DNA of 64,000 nt from Escherichia coli (GTDB taxonomy: Bacteria; Pseudomonadota; Gammaproteobacteria; Enterobacterales; Enterobacteriaceae), in assembly GCF_003334305.1 (NCBI RefSeq), contig NZ_QOWS01000007.1; one strand, written 5' to 3'. The stretch's first letter is position 1. Each line of letters begins with the position of its first letter. The notes beneath the pieces are model-generated. The model did no database searches, had not been told where the DNA came from, and saw only the letters and a program-made list of their open reading frames with translations. Of this stretch, positions 21,948 through 40,489 are shown in pieces. The translations under genes and the position numbers were made by a program.

Positions 21948-23237
21948 TTATTTGTCTGTTATATCCGCGTCTTCTGCGTCCAGCACCACTTCTTCAGGGC
22001 GCAGCACACTAATCAGTTTGAAGATCAAACTTAAGCCGATACCGACGATGGTCGCCAGCGCCATACCTTTTAACTCCGCCGCGCCGATGTTTACCTTCGC
22101 GCCACTGACGCCGATGATCAAAATCACGGAAGTCAGGATCAGGTTCTGTGCTTTGTTGTAATCCACTTTCGATTCGATCAAAACACGAATACCGGAAGCA
22201 CCGATGACACCATAAAGCAGCAGCGAAACGCCGCCCATCACCGGCAATGGGATCATCTGGATAGCGGCAGCCAGTTTACCGACGCAGGAAAGCAGGATAG
22301 CGAAAATCGCCGCCCCGCCGATAACCCAGGTACTGTAAACACGGGTGATCGCCATCACGCCAATGTTTTCTCCGTAAGTGGTATTTGGCGTGGAGCCAAA
22401 GAAGCCGGAGATCACGGTCGACAGGCCGTTAGCAAACATCGAACGGTGCAGACCTGGATCGCGCAGCAGATCTTTTTTGACGATATTAGCCGTTACTACC
22501 AGGTGCCCTACGTGTTCGGCAATAACCACTAATGCCGCTGGCAGAATAGTCAGAATGGCAAACCACTCGAAGCGCGGCGTATAGAGGGTTGGCAGCGCAA
22601 ACCAGTGAGCATTAATAATCGGCGTGGTATCGACAATTCCCATTGCGAAAGAGAGCGCGTACCCCACCAGCACGCCAATTAAAATCGGGATAATTGCCAG
22701 GAAACCACGGAACAGCACGGAACCTAAAACCGTGACCGCCAGGGTGGTAATAGAGATGATGATGGTTTTGGAGTCTGGCGTTTGCCCTTCAGCCGGGAGT
22801 AAACCCGCCATACCGGCAGCTACGCCCGCCAGCTCCAGACCGATGACGGCAACGATTGCGCCCATTGCCGCAGGTGGAAACAGCACGTCCAGCCAGCCGG
22901 TCCCCGCTTTCTTCACGATAAAAGAAACCAGGCAGAACAGCACGCCGCACATAATAAAGCCGCCCAGCGCGACTTCATACCCCAACGGCAACAGTAACAA
23001 TACCGGTGAAATAAAGGCAAAGCTGGAACCAAGATAAGCCGGAATTTTCCCTTTACAGATGAAGAGATACAGCAGCGTTCCAATACCGTTAAATAACAGT
23101 ACAGTCGCCGGGTTAATATGAAATAAGACGGGCACCAGGACGGTTGCACCAAACATGGCGAACAAATGTTGCAAACTAAGCGGGATTGTCTGTAAAAGTG
23201 GCGGTCTTTCACTCACCCCGATAGCACGGCGCGTCAT
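21948..23237 (-). CDS. uraA: uracil:H+ symporter
   Basis: ORF 21948..23279; start trimmed to [16 protein letters not shown] (429 aa). Confidence 0.92.
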   Translation of the reverse strand: MTRRAIGVSERPPLLQTIPLSLQHLFAMFGATVLVPVLFHINPATVLLFNGIGTLLYLFICKGKIPAYLGSSFAFISPVLLLLPLGYEVALGGFIMCGVLFCLVSFIVKKAGTGWLDVLFPPAAMGAIVAVIGLELAGVAAGMAGLLPAEGQTPDSKTIIISITTLAVTVLGSVLFRGFLAIIPILIGVLVGYALSFAMGIVDTTPIINAHWFALPTLYTPRFEWFAILTILPAALVVIAEHVGHLVVTANIVKKDLLRDPGLHRSMFANGLSTVISGFFGSTPNTTYGENIGVMAITRVYSTWVIGGAAIFAILLSCVGKLAAAIQMIPLPVMGGVSLLLYGVIGASGIRVLIESKVDYNKAQNLILTSVILIIGVSGAKVNIGAAELKGMALATIVGIGLSLIFKLISVLRPEEVVLDAEDADITDK

Positions 23238-23279
23238 AGTATTATCCTCTGTATTATGTGTTATAGGCGCTTTACTCAA

Positions 23280-23312
23280 AAAAAAGCCGACTCTTAAAGT
23301 CGGCTTTAATTA
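23280..23312 (-). terminator. rho-independent terminator downstream of upp
   Basis: On the minus strand, hairpin aagccgacttta/agagtcggctt is followed by a T7 run. Confidence 0.6.
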
Positions 23313-23322
23313 TTTTTATTCT

Positions 23323-23949
23323 TTATTTCGTACCAAAGATTTTGTCACCGGCATCGCCGAGGCCCGGAATAATGTATCCGTGCTCGTTCAGTCCCTGGTC
23401 AATCGATGCGGTATACAGTTCGACGTCCGGGTGCGCTTTTTCCAGCGCAGCGATACCTTCTGGCGCAGCTACCAGCACCAGAACTTTGATGCTGCTGCAG
23501 CCCGCTTTTTTCAGCAGGTCGATGGTCGCGATAACGGAACCACCGGTTGCCAGCATTGGGTCAACGATCAGCGCCATACGCTCATCGATGTTAGAAACCA
23601 GTTTCTGGAAGTACGGTACCGGCTCCAGCGTTTCTTCATTACGGTACATACCGACAACGCTGATGCGCGCGCTCGGAACATTTTCCAGTACACCGTCCAT
23701 CATCCCCAGACCGGCACGCAGAATTGGCACAACGGTAATTTTCTTACCTTTGATCTGGTCGATTTCTACCGGGCCGTTCCAGCCTTCGATAGTTACTTTT
23801 TCCGTTTCGAGGTCGGCGGTCGCTTCGTAAGTCAGCAGGCTACCCACTTCGGAAGCGAGTTCGCGAAAGCGCTTGGTGCTGATATCTTGCTCACGCATCA
23901 GTCCCAGCTTGTGTTTGACGAGTGGGTGTTTGACTTCCACGATCTTCAT
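23323..23949 (-). CDS. upp: uracil phosphoribosyltransferase
   Basis: ORF 23323..23976; start trimmed to [16 protein letters not shown] (208 aa). Confidence 0.93.
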
Positions 23950-24194
23950 ACTCTTTCTCCTTTGAGGGGCAGCCACAAAAAAAATCGACGGATTATACCT
24001 CCTTTCTTCAAGGCGGCAATATTCTTTTCGTTGACTTTAGTCAAAATGATAACGGTTTGAGATAAAGTTATTTTATATTCAAATGGTTATGAAAGAAGAT
24101 TATTCCATCCGAAAACTAACCTTTGCCCTGGCACAAGTCTTCTTTCGCCGCGCGTCTGGGGAAAAGACGTGCAAAAAGGTTGTGTAAAGCAGTC

Positions 24195-24210
24195 TCGCAA
24201 ACGTTTGCTT
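24195..24210. promoter_or_regulatory. PurR operator upstream of purM
   Basis: tcgcaaacgtttgctt matches the PurR box consensus at 14/16, about 65 bp upstream of the purM start. Confidence 0.6.
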
Positions 24211-24255
24211 TCCCTGTTAGAATTGCGCCGAATTTTATTTTTCTACCGCAAGTAA

Positions 24256-25310
<1,055 letters not shown>

Positions 25311-25311
<1 letters not shown>

Positions 25312-25949
25312 TGAATATTGTGGTGCTTATTTCCGGCAACGGAAGTAATTTACAGGCAATTATTGACGCCTGTAAAACTAACAAAATTAAAGGCACCGTA
25401 CGGGCAGTTTTCAGCAATAAGGCCGACGCGTTCGGCCTTGAACGCGCCCGCCAGGCGGGTATTGCAACGCATACGCTCATCGCCAGCGCGTTTGACAGTC
25501 GTGAAGCCTATGACCGGGAGTTGATTCATGAAATCGACATGTACGCACCCGATGTGGTCGTGCTGGCTGGTTTTATGCGCATTCTCAGCCCGGCGTTTGT
25601 CTCCCACTATGCCGGGCGTTTGCTGAACATTCACCCTTCTCTGCTGCCGAAATATCCCGGATTACACACCCATCGTCAAGCGCTGGAAAATGGTGATGAA
25701 GAGCACGGTACATCGGTGCATTTCGTCACCGATGAACTGGACGGTGGCCCGGTTATTTTACAGGCGAAAGTCCCGGTATTTGCTGGTGATACGGAAGATG
25801 ACATCACCGCCCGCGTGCAAACCCAGGAACACGCTATTTATCCACTGGTGATTAGCTGGTTTGCCGATGGTCGTCTGAAAATGCACGAAAACGCCGCGTG
25901 GCTGGATGGTCAACGTCTGCCGCCGCAGGGCTACGCTGCCGACGAGTAA
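25311..25949 (+). CDS. purN: phosphoribosylglycinamide formyltransferase 1
   Basis: 212-aa ORF whose start overlaps the purM stop (ATAATG). Confidence 0.93.
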
Positions 25950-25964
25950 TGCCCCGTAGTTAAA

Positions 25965-25991
25965 GCGCCAGCTCTGCCGCTGGCGTTTTTC
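25965..25991 (+). terminator. rho-independent terminator after purMN
   Basis: Hairpin gcgccagc-tctgcc-gctggcg followed by TTTTT. Confidence 0.55.
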
Positions 25992-26119
25992 AATTCACCT
26001 GTAAATCGCAAGCTCCAGCAGTTTTTTTCCCCCTTTTCTGGCATAGTTGGACATCTGCCAATATTGCTCGCCATAATATCCAGGCAGTGTCCCGTGAATA
26101 AAACGGAGTAAAAGTGGTA

Positions 26120-29732
<3,613 letters not shown>

Positions 29733-29738
29733 TGCTTT

Positions 29739-29770
29739 GCGGGCCGACGAGAAATGTCGGCCCGCATTAT
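29739..29770 (+). terminator. hairpin terminator between convergent ppx and pdeF
   Basis: 10-bp GC-rich stem gcgggccgac/gtcggcccgc followed by attattc. Confidence 0.4.
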
Positions 29771-32014
29771 TCAGGCACTTTCGCGAATGGGTTCGATTTC
29801 ATTCAGCGTATCAATTAACGGTTGCGGCTTACCAATAAGATAACCCTGCATATAATCGATCCCCAAAGAGAGCACCGCCTCGCGGATCTCTTCGTTTTCA
29901 ACGTACTCTGCCACTACCCGCATTTTCTTCATTCGCGCCAGGTGGCAAATCGATGCCACTATCTGATAATCCAGACTATTTGACACAATATTGCGGATAA
30001 AACTGCCGTCAATTTTAAGCAGATCGGCATTCACATTTTTAAGCCGCGCATAGCTGGCGTAGCCGGTGCCGAAATCATCAATCGCAATCTGGCAGCCTAA
30101 TTCCTGAAGATGCTGCAAGGTGATTTGCGCCTGCTTAACATTGGTCAGAGCATTACTTTCGGTGACTTCAAAAATAAGTTGCCACGCTTCAATCTGATAT
30201 TTATCCAGCAACTGACTGACTTCAACAGGAAAACGAGCCTGACATACCGAGGTTGGAGACAGATTAATAGCAAAACGGTGAGCGGGCATCTTCGCTCTGT
30301 TTTCAGCCATAAATTGCAGCGTATGCTCAATGACCCACATGTCGATACTCGACGATAAACCAAATTCGTGCGCGACCGGCAAGAAGCTATCGGGGCCGAT
30401 CAGTTCATCATTCTCACCTTTCATGCGCAGAAGAATTTCATGGTAAACATCACCACGCATACCGGTAATCGGCTGGGCCATCAGGAAAAAATGGTTGTGT
30501 TCCAGCGCCTGCTGTAGTCGATTCATCATCGCGACTTTATCTTTCAATTCGCGTTGCAAATACATTGCCCCGCGACGCTGCATATTTTCCGGGGCGTTGG
30601 TCACGATGGAAAGTTCGGCGACCGTATTTAGCTCTCCCAGCAGCAGGTAGATATGATTCACTGGCGAGCGCACATAGCAGTAACTGACGCCAATCTGCGG
30701 TTGCATCGGCATGCCATCCCAAAAGAAACGAAATTGCTTGAGATGGCTATCCAGTGCGGTAATGCGCTCCTGGTGCGATTCTGTATTCAGCCGCAGCGCG
30801 AGATCGTTACCCGAAAGCTGATAAACATCTTCACCCGGTTCCAGCAAGGGTGACAGCCAGTGAGAAAGTTTTTGCTTGTATTGAATCCGCAGCATGATGC
30901 CATAGTTCTTAACCAGCATTTCCATGCCAGGGATGCGTAAATAACAAAGCGCAGACCAGGGGGCATCACGCAACGCGCGATTCAGGGCGCGAACATTTGG
31001 CAGATGAACCACCGGGTCCACATACGCAAGCCGCTGAATGCGTCTGACTACCGCTCGCTGACGAGTTGCCAGTACAGCCATATAATTGACAATAAAAGAG
31101 AATACCAGATAACTGGAGGAGGTTATGGTCAGCTGCGTGGTATAGCCAGGATAAATGGGAATGTAATTTTGATAGCTGTGGATGCTGATCATCAACACGA
31201 CCGCCCAGAGCAGCGAAATCAGCTTATAACCATAGCGCATCGCTCCCCACATCATCAGGGGCAGCAATAATGACAAGGTATAATTGGTGCTAAAAATTGT
31301 GCTTTTTTCATTTAACGGCATGCATAACAGCAACAATAAAGCACCTAATGCCAGTAGCCAGAGCGCGAACTCTTTTTTGGTGACTTTGGCATCAACCTGC
31401 TGTTTTAATTGCGAATAATAGCTACGTAAATAAAATGGATTTCGCACTACCCGAATGATGAAGTAGCACAGCGGGACACCGATCAGATTACCCACCAGTA
31501 AGGCCTGATAATTGATTAAAGTCCCGAGGTTAAAAGGCATGACACCGACCAGATTTTCTCTGCTCGCCAGCAATCCTACAAATGCAGCAAACTGGAAAAG
31601 TATCAGAAACAGCGTTGCAGGAAACACTATCTGCCAGAATATACGCTGGGAAATTAAACGGGTATCACCATGTGAAACGTTGTTACGCCGGGGAGTAAAG
31701 ACCCTGTAACCGCCCCAACAGAGAATGATAATGATAATAAAATTAGCCGTTAATGAGAGCGTTTCGTAAAAACCCAGCTCTGCATATTTGCGGACAAAAA
31801 TCCCTAAGGTGATCCCTGGCAATGCCGCCCAGCTGAAAAACATCATCATGCTGATCATCAGTGCCAAAGGCAGATAAAAGAGAAAAACCTCACCGGAAGA
31901 AATATGCGCGAAAGTATTAATGTGGGCGAAAATGGGCAAGATTAAAGAAGGCAGGAACAGCGGAAGCCCCCACCATTTATCACGTATTTTTATATAAGTT
32001 GCATTCAGTTTCAT
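29771..32014 (-). CDS. pdeF: cyclic-di-GMP phosphodiesterase with N-terminal membrane sensor domain and EAL domain
   Basis: 747-aa ORF: N-terminal polytopic region, C-terminal EAL-type motifs (QIAIDDFGTGYASYARLK). Recognised as YfgF. Confidence 0.9.
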   Translation of the reverse strand: MKLNATYIKIRDKWWGLPLFLPSLILPIFAHINTFAHISSGEVFLFYLPLALMISMMMFFSWAALPGITLGIFVRKYAELGFYETLSLTANFIIIIILCWGGYRVFTPRRNNVSHGDTRLISQRIFWQIVFPATLFLILFQFAAFVGLLASRENLVGVMPFNLGTLINYQALLVGNLIGVPLCYFIIRVVRNPFYLRSYYSQLKQQVDAKVTKKEFALWLLALGALLLLLCMPLNEKSTIFSTNYTLSLLLPLMMWGAMRYGYKLISLLWAVVLMISIHSYQNYIPIYPGYTTQLTITSSSYLVFSFIVNYMAVLATRQRAVVRRIQRLAYVDPVVHLPNVRALNRALRDAPWSALCYLRIPGMEMLVKNYGIMLRIQYKQKLSHWLSPLLEPGEDVYQLSGNDLALRLNTESHQERITALDSHLKQFRFFWDGMPMQPQIGVSYCYVRSPVNHIYLLLGELNTVAELSIVTNAPENMQRRGAMYLQRELKDKVAMMNRLQQALEHNHFFLMAQPITGMRGDVYHEILLRMKGENDELIGPDSFLPVAHEFGLSSSIDMWVIEHTLQFMAENRAKMPAHRFAINLSPTSVCQARFPVEVSQLLDKYQIEAWQLIFEVTESNALTNVKQAQITLQHLQELGCQIAIDDFGTGYASYARLKNVNADLLKIDGSFIRNIVSNSLDYQIVASICHLARMKKMRVVAEYVENEEIREAVLSLGIDYMQGYLIGKPQPLIDTLNEIEPIRESA

Positions 32015-32365
32015 AGATGCTCAGCAGAATCCCCCACATCCTGAAGGAGGTGTATTCAGACAGGCATCCCACCTGACTTCGAATGATGATTATTCATCAC
32101 TATAGAGAGCATTGATTCTAAGTGTCATATGAAAGTTCCAATTGATATATATCAAACAAAATAACCCTGATTAATGAATTATTACGTTTATCATGTTAAT
32201 TCATCATTATTACATCATCATTGTAAATAATTAAATTAACTTCCATAACATTAAAATATGTATCCACTGACGCTTTTTTACATAACGAAGAATTGACCAT
32301 TTTGTCCTGTTGTGCCTTAATGTAAGTACCGTCCACAGCGTGGGACATACTTCAAGGAACCTTTT

Positions 32366-32557
32366 GTGAGTCAGGCAACCAGTATGCGAAAACGACACCG
32401 ATTTAACAGTCGCATGACCCGTATCGTACTGCTCATCAGCTTTATCTTCTTCTTTGGCCGTTTTATCTACTCGTCCGTCGGTGCCTGGCAGCACCATCAG
32501 AGCAAAAAAGAAGCTCAGCAATCCACACTCTCCGTCGAATCACCGGTACAACGTTAG
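32366..32557 (+). CDS. yfgG: small protein YfgG
   Basis: 63-aa ORF with one hydrophobic helix, in an AT-rich region between divergent pdeF and yfgH. Confidence 0.7.
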   Translation: MSQATSMRKRHRFNSRMTRIVLLISFIFFFGRFIYSSVGAWQHHQSKKEAQQSTLSVESPVQR

Positions 32558-32867
32558 CGGTTACCTTCTCCACTTTCACAGAACCTAACGGCACTTCGCT
32601 GTCGGATGCTTTTGCTCTTTGGAATTATCAAAGCGGCAGATATTCTTTCATCTTAAATTTTACGTCTTTGTCCTGACTGAGGTTTATCCTGTTTGGCTGC
32701 GAAATAAATATAAAATTAATATATATGTTGTAATGATATATTTTTATAAATTATTCCCTGCGTGAATTTTAATAAATTTAATCTATCCCTTTATACGCAA
32801 TACATTTACTTTCCTCTTTTGATGATCTTAAATGTCTTATTTTTCGTAATGTGTATAACAAGGAATA

Positions 32868-33386
32868 GTGATGAAATTTAAAAAATGTCTTCTGCCTGTG
32901 GCAATGTTAGCGTCATTCACTCTGGCAGGATGCCAGTCAAATGCTGACGATCATGCCGCCGATGTTTATCAAACCGATCAACTGAATACCAAACAAGAAA
33001 CTAAAACCGTTAATATTATTTCCATTCTTCCCGCAAAAGTTGCCGTAGACAACTCCCAAAATAAACGGAACGCACAAGCCTTCGGCGCGCTTATTGGCGC
33101 AGTCGCTGGCGGTGTTATCGGCCACAACGTCGGTTCTGGCAGCAATTCCGGAACGACGGCAGGGGCAGTTGGCGGCGGAGCTGTAGGCGCGGCAGTGGGT
33201 TCTATGGTGAATGATAAAACCTTAGTGGAAGGTGTTTCTTTAACATATAAGGAAGGCACCAAAGTGTATACCTCTACCCAGGTGGGTAAAGAGTGCCAGT
33301 TTACGACAGGTTTAGCCGTTGTTATTACCACAACGTATAACGAAACGCGTATTCAGCCAAATACTAAATGTCCTGAAAAGAGCTAA
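32868..33386 (+). CDS. yfgH: outer-membrane lipoprotein with glycine-zipper region
   Basis: 172-aa ORF with lipobox TLAGC and a Gly-rich zipper (GALIGAVAGGVIGHNVG). Confidence 0.85.
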   Translation: MMKFKKCLLPVAMLASFTLAGCQSNADDHAADVYQTDQLNTKQETKTVNIISILPAKVAVDNSQNKRNAQAFGALIGAVAGGVIGHNVGSGSNSGTTAGAVGGGAVGAAVGSMVNDKTLVEGVSLTYKEGTKVYTSTQVGKECQFTTGLAVVITTTYNETRIQPNTKCPEKS

Positions 33387-33401
33387 TAATCAGGAGGAGT
33401 C

Positions 33402-33941
33402 ATGAAGAAAGTTTTTCTTTGCGCCATCTTGGCCTCCTTAAGCTATCCGGCTATCGCCTCATCATTGCAGGATCAACTCTCTGCTGTAGCAGAAGCTGAA
33501 CAGCAAGGTAAAAATGAAGAGCAAAGGCAGCATGACGAATGGGTCGCGGAGCGCAACAGGGAAATCCAGCAAGAGAAGCAACGTCGCGCAAATGCCCAGG
33601 CCGCCGCTAACAAAAGAGCGGCAACGGCAGCGGCAAATAAGAAAGCTCGTCAGGATAAACTGGACGCCGAAGCCTCTGCGGACAAAAAACGCGATCAAAG
33701 TTATGAAGATGAGCTACGCAGCTTAGAGATTCAGAAACAAAAACTGGCGCTGGCAAAAGAAGAAGCCCGCGTTAAGCGAGAAAACGAATTTATCGATCAG
33801 GAACTGAAGCACAAAGCTGCGCAAACCGATGTGGTGCAATCTGAAGCTGACGCCAACAGAAATATGACTGAAGGCGGTCGCGATCTGATGAAAAGCGTGG
33901 GCAAAGCAGAAGAGAACAAATCGGACAGCTGGTTTAATTAA
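33402..33941 (+). CDS. yfgI: secreted charged coiled-coil protein YfgI
   Basis: 179-aa ORF with signal peptide and a highly charged Lys/Glu/Ala-rich body; AGGAGG RBS. Confidence 0.85.
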   Translation: MKKVFLCAILASLSYPAIASSLQDQLSAVAEAEQQGKNEEQRQHDEWVAERNREIQQEKQRRANAQAAANKRAATAAANKKARQDKLDAEASADKKRDQSYEDELRSLEIQKQKLALAKEEARVKRENEFIDQELKHKAAQTDVVQSEADANRNMTEGGRDLMKSVGKAEENKSDSWFN

Positions 33942-33979
33942 TCGATGTTAGTAACTTCAAGCCTATGATTCTTGAAGAT

Positions 33980-34014
33980 AAAAAACCCTCTGTAGTAACA
34001 GAGGGTTTTGTTCA
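33980..34014. terminator. bidirectional rho-independent terminator between yfgI and guaA
   Basis: aaaaaccctctg-tagtaa-cagagggttttgtt: perfect stem flanked by an A-run and a T-run. Confidence 0.55.
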
Positions 34015-34035
34015 TTCATAGTGCAGGGATTAAAA

Positions 34036-35613
34036 TCATTCCCACTCAATGGTAGCTGGCGGCTTGCCGCTGATGTCATACACCACGCGGGAAATACCGT
34101 TCACTTCATTGATAATGCGGTTGGAAACGCGACCGAGGAAATCGTACGGCAGATGCGCCCAGTGTGCGGTCATAAAGTCGATGGTTTCGACAGCACGCAG
34201 AGAGACAACCCAGTCATACTTACGACCATCGCCCATTACGCCAACGGAACGTACCGGCAGGAACACAGTGAACGCCTGGCTGACTTTGTCGTACAGGTCC
34301 GCTTTACGCAGTTCTTCAATGAAGATGGCGTCAGCACGGCGCAGCAGGTCACAGTACTCTTTCTTCACTTCACCCAGCACACGAACGCCAAGGCCTGGTC
34401 CCGGGAACGGGTGACGGTACAGCATGTCGTACGGCAGGCCCAGCTCCAGACCAATCTTACGCACTTCGTCTTTGAACAGCTCTTTCAGCGGTTCAACCAG
34501 GCCCATCTTCATCTCTTTCGGCAGGCCGCCCACGTTGTGGTGAGATTTGATGACGTGTGCTTTACCGGTTGCAGAAGCCGCAGATTCGATAACGTCAGGG
34601 TAGATGGTGCCCTGCGCCAGCCACTTCACGTCTTCCAGTTTCAGCGCTTCTTCATCGAATACTTCAACGAAAACGCGCCCGATGATTTTACGTTTTGCTT
34701 CCGGATCGTTTTCGCCAGCCAGCGCTGACAGGAAGCGATCTTCTGCCGGTACGTGAACAATGTTAAGACCAAAGTGATCGCCAAACATATCCAGAACCTG
34801 CTCTGCTTCGTTGAGACGCAGCAGGCCGTTGTCGACGAATACGCAAGTCAGGTTTTTACCGATAGCGCGGTGCAGCAGCATTGCGGTTACGGAGGAATCC
34901 ACACCACCAGAGAGGCCGAGGATGACTTTATCGTCGCCTACCTGCTCGCGGATGCGAGCTACAGCATCGTCGATAATTTTCGCTGGCGTCCACAGGGCTT
35001 CACACTGGCAGATATCACGCACAAAACGCTCCAGCATGCGCATACCCTGGCGGGTGTGAGTCACTTCCGGGTGGAACTGTACGCCATAGAAGCGTTTTTC
35101 TTCGTTAGCCATAATGGCAAACGGGCAGCTTTCGGTGCTGGCTACGGTGACGAAGTCGGACGGGATAGCGGTAACTTTATCGCCGTGGCTCATCCAGACA
35201 TCGAGCAGCGGTTTACCGTCTGCGGTCAGCGCATCTTCGATACCGCGAACCAGTGCGCTGTCGTTTACGACTTCAACCTGCGCGTAGCCAAATTCACGTT
35301 CGTTAGAGGCTTCAACGTGACCGCCCAACTGCATTGCCATGGTCTGCATGCCATAGCAAACGCCGAATACCGGTACGCCTGCTTCAAAGACATACTGCGG
35401 CGCACGCGGGCTGTTTTCTTCGGTGGTGCTTTCCGGGCCGCCGGAAAGAATAATGCCGCTTGGATTGAAGTCACGAATTTGTGCTTCTGTCACATCCCAC
35501 GCCCACAGTTCGCAGTAAACACCCAGCTCACGCACGCGGCGCGCAACCAGTTGAGTGTACTGAGAACCGAAGTCCAGAATGAGGATGCGATGCTTATGAA
35601 TGTTTTCCGTCAT
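34036..35613 (-). CDS. guaA: GMP synthase (glutamine-hydrolysing)
   Basis: 525-aa ORF recognised as GuaA ([22 protein letters not shown]...). Confidence 0.95.
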   Translation of the reverse strand: MTENIHKHRILILDFGSQYTQLVARRVRELGVYCELWAWDVTEAQIRDFNPSGIILSGGPESTTEENSPRAPQYVFEAGVPVFGVCYGMQTMAMQLGGHVEASNEREFGYAQVEVVNDSALVRGIEDALTADGKPLLDVWMSHGDKVTAIPSDFVTVASTESCPFAIMANEEKRFYGVQFHPEVTHTRQGMRMLERFVRDICQCEALWTPAKIIDDAVARIREQVGDDKVILGLSGGVDSSVTAMLLHRAIGKNLTCVFVDNGLLRLNEAEQVLDMFGDHFGLNIVHVPAEDRFLSALAGENDPEAKRKIIGRVFVEVFDEEALKLEDVKWLAQGTIYPDVIESAASATGKAHVIKSHHNVGGLPKEMKMGLVEPLKELFKDEVRKIGLELGLPYDMLYRHPFPGPGLGVRVLGEVKKEYCDLLRRADAIFIEELRKADLYDKVSQAFTVFLPVRSVGVMGDGRKYDWVVSLRAVETIDFMTAHWAHLPYDFLGRVSNRIINEVNGISRVVYDISGKPPATIEWE

Positions 35614-35681
35614 TGACGCTTATTCCGAGGCAAGTGAAACAGATAATATAAATCGCCCGACATGAAGTCGGGCGAAGAGAA

Positions 35682-37148
35682 TCAGGAGCCCAGACGGTAG
35701 TTCGGGGACTCTTTAGTAATGGTCACGTCGTGAACGTGGCTTTCCTGAATGCCCGCACCGCTGATACGTACAAACTCCGCTTTAGTACGCAGTTCGTCGA
35801 TAGTACCACAGCCGGTCAGACCCATACAGGAGCGCAGGCCGCCCATCTGCTGGTGAATGATCTCTTTCAGGCGACCTTTATAAGCTACGCGACCTTCGAT
35901 ACCTTCCGGCACCAGTTTGTCGGCAGCGTTATCGCTCTGGAAATAACGGTCAGAGGAACCTTTGGACATCGCGCCCAGGGAACCCATACCACGGTAAGAT
36001 TTGTAAGAACGGCCCTGGTAGAGTTCGATTTCACCCGGAGATTCTTCAGTACCCGCCAGCATGGAACCTACCATCACCGCGCTTGCGCCAGCGGCGATAG
36101 CTTTGGCGATGTCGCCGGAGAAGCGAATACCACCATCTGCGATAACCGGAATACCGGTGCCTTCCAGGGCTTCAACTGCGTCAGCAACGGCAGTGATCTG
36201 CGGAACACCTACGCCAGTAACGATACGAGTCGTACAGATAGAACCAGGGCCGATACCGACTTTAACCGCGCTGCAACCAGCTTCTGCCAAAGCGCGTGCA
36301 CCTGCAGCTGTTGCCACGTTGCCGCCGATGATTTGCAGATCCGGATATTTAGCACGGGTTTCACGGATACGCTGCAAAACGCCTTCTGAGTGACCGTGGG
36401 AGGAGTCGATCAGCAGAACGTCAACGCCAGCGGCAACCAGCGCGTCAACACGCTCTTCGTTACCCGCACCTGCGCCAACTGCAGCACCAACACGCAGACG
36501 GCCTTGCTCGTCTTTACAGGCGTTCGGTTTACGTTCCGCTTTCTGGAAGTCTTTCACGGTGATCATGCCGATCAGGTGGAATTCGTCATCAACCACCAGC
36601 GCTTTTTCAACGCGTTTTTCGTGCATTTTTGCCAGCACCACTTCACGGGCTTCACCTTCACGCACGGTGACCAGACGCTCTTTCGGCGTCATGTAAACGC
36701 TAACCGGCTGGTTCAGGTCGGTAACAAAACGCACGTCACGACCGGTGATAATACCCACCAGTTCGTTTTCTTCGGTAACGACCGGATAGCCCGCAAAACC
36801 GTTACGCTCAGTCAGTTCTTTCACTTCGCGCAGCGTCGTGGTTGGCAGAACAGTCTGCGGATCAGTCACCACACCAGATTCGTGTTTTTTCACACGGCGA
36901 ACTTCTTCTGCCTGGCGTTCAATGGACATGTTTTTGTGGATAAAGCCGATACCGCCTTCCTGAGCCAGAGCAATAGCCAGGCGCGCTTCCGTTACGGTAT
37001 CCATTGCTGCGGAAAGCATAGGGATATTCAGACGAATAGTTTTCGTCAGCTGGGTGCTGAGGTCAGCAGTATTCGGCAGAACGGTAGAATGAGCAGGAAC
37101 GAGGAGAACGTCGTCAAACGTCAGAGCTTCTTTAGCGATACGTAGCAT
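35682..37148 (-). CDS. guaB: IMP dehydrogenase
   Basis: ORF 35682..37217; start trimmed to [18 protein letters not shown] (488 aa). Confidence 0.93.
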
Positions 37149-38892
<1,744 letters not shown>

Positions 38893-38960
38893 ATGAATTC
38901 CTCCGGTAGCCATCCCTCTACATTCATAGAGGGAATGGCAGATAAAATACTTACGGATAA

Positions 38961-40433
38961 TTATTTATTTTTCTTGATGTGCTTCATCAGACGCTTACGT
39001 TTACGCATCTGGGTTGGCGTCAGGGTGTTACGCTTGTTCGCATACGGGTTTTCCCCTTCTTTGAACTGAATACGAATCGGCGATCCCATTACGTCCAGCG
39101 ATTTGCGGAAGTAGTTCATCAAGTAGCGCTTGTAGGAATCAGGCAGGTCTTTCACCTGATTACCGTGAATCACCACAATCGGCGGGTTATAACCACCAGC
39201 GTGGGCATATTTCAGCTTCACACGACGACCGCGTACCAGCGGCGGTTGGTGATCTTCAACAGCCATCGTCATGATGCGCGTCAGCATAGAGGTCCCCACA
39301 CGACGGGTGGAGCTGTCATACGCTTCACGTACTGATTCAAACAAGTTACCAACACCACTGCCGTGCAAGGCAGAGATAAAGTGCACACGAGCAAAATCGA
39401 TAAAGCCCAGACGGAAGTCCAGCGTTTCTTTCACCTGCTCTTTCACTTCCTGGCTCAGGCCATCCCACTTATTCACCACAATGACAAGTGAGCGCCCACT
39501 ATTGAGAATAAAGCCCAGCAGCGAGAGATCCTGATCGGAAATACCTTCGCGCGCATCAATCACCAACATCACCACGTTGGCATCTTCAATGGCCTGCAAC
39601 GTTTTGATTACGGAGAATTTCTCTACAGCATCGGTGATTTTGCCGCGTTTACGTACGCCAGCGGTGTCAATGAGCACATACTCACGTCCATCGCGTTCCA
39701 TTGGGATATAGATGCTGTCACGCGTCGTACCAGGCATGTCATAAACAACAACGCGCTCTTCACCAAGAATACGGTTAGTGAGTGTAGACTTACCTACGTT
39801 CGGACGACCCACAATCGCCAGTTTGATCGGCAGACTTTGCGGGTCAAAGTCGTCTTCCTCTTCTTCTTCGCCGTTCTCTTCCGCTTCAAATTGCGCCCAG
39901 TATTCAGCGTCTTCGTCGACTTCCTCTTGCGGTGCGAGATCTTCCATCCACGGCAGCAGCACATGCTCCAGCAGACTTAATACGCCACGACCGTGAGACG
40001 CGGCGATCGGGTAGATTTCACCTAAGCCAAGCGAGTAGAAATCAACCACTGCCTGATCGGGATCCAGACCGTCAGTTTTGTTTGCCACCAGGAAGGTCGG
40101 TTTTTCACGGGAGCGCAGATGTTTGGCAATCGCTTCATCTGCCGGCATCAGGCCCGCGCGCGCATCCACCATAAACAGTACGACGTCCGCTTCTTCAATC
40201 GCCAGCAGCGACTGTTCCGCCATGCGGGTTTCTACACCGTCTTCTGTGCCATCAATCCCGCCGGTATCAATACAGATAAACTCACGGCCTTCAATTTCCG
40301 CACGACCGTACTTACGGTCACGAGTCAGACCCGGGAAATCCGCAACCAGCGCATCTCGGGTGCGAGTTAGACGGTTAAATAACGTGGATTTTCCTACGTT
40401 AGGGCGCCCGACAAGCGCGACCACAGGTACCAT
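38961..40433 (-). CDS. der: ribosome-associated double-GTPase Der (EngA)
   Basis: ORF 38961..40472; two G-domains (GRPNVGKS twice); start trimmed to [16 protein letters not shown] (490 aa). Confidence 0.92.
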
Positions 40434-40489
40434 GTTTAAAGCCTCATTTTTATAAATCATCAGACAACGCACGCTATATTCGCGTCGTT

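Noticed and set aside
21463-22161. 232-aa plus-strand ORF overlapping hda and uraA
   Set aside because: Antisense to two recognised genes and spanning their intergenic spacer; Arg/Pro-rich translation.
23155-24060. 301-aa plus-strand ORF spanning the uraA 5' end, the upp gene and beyond
   Set aside because: Antisense to upp and crossing an intergenic terminator; no RBS and no recognisable sequence; a codon-bias shadow ORF.
34021-37145. Long antisense ORFs inside guaA and guaB (34021..34728, 34753..35616, 35730..36389, 36390..37145)
   Set aside because: Shadow ORFs on the strand opposite two highly conserved genes; translations are low-complexity with no recognisable domains.
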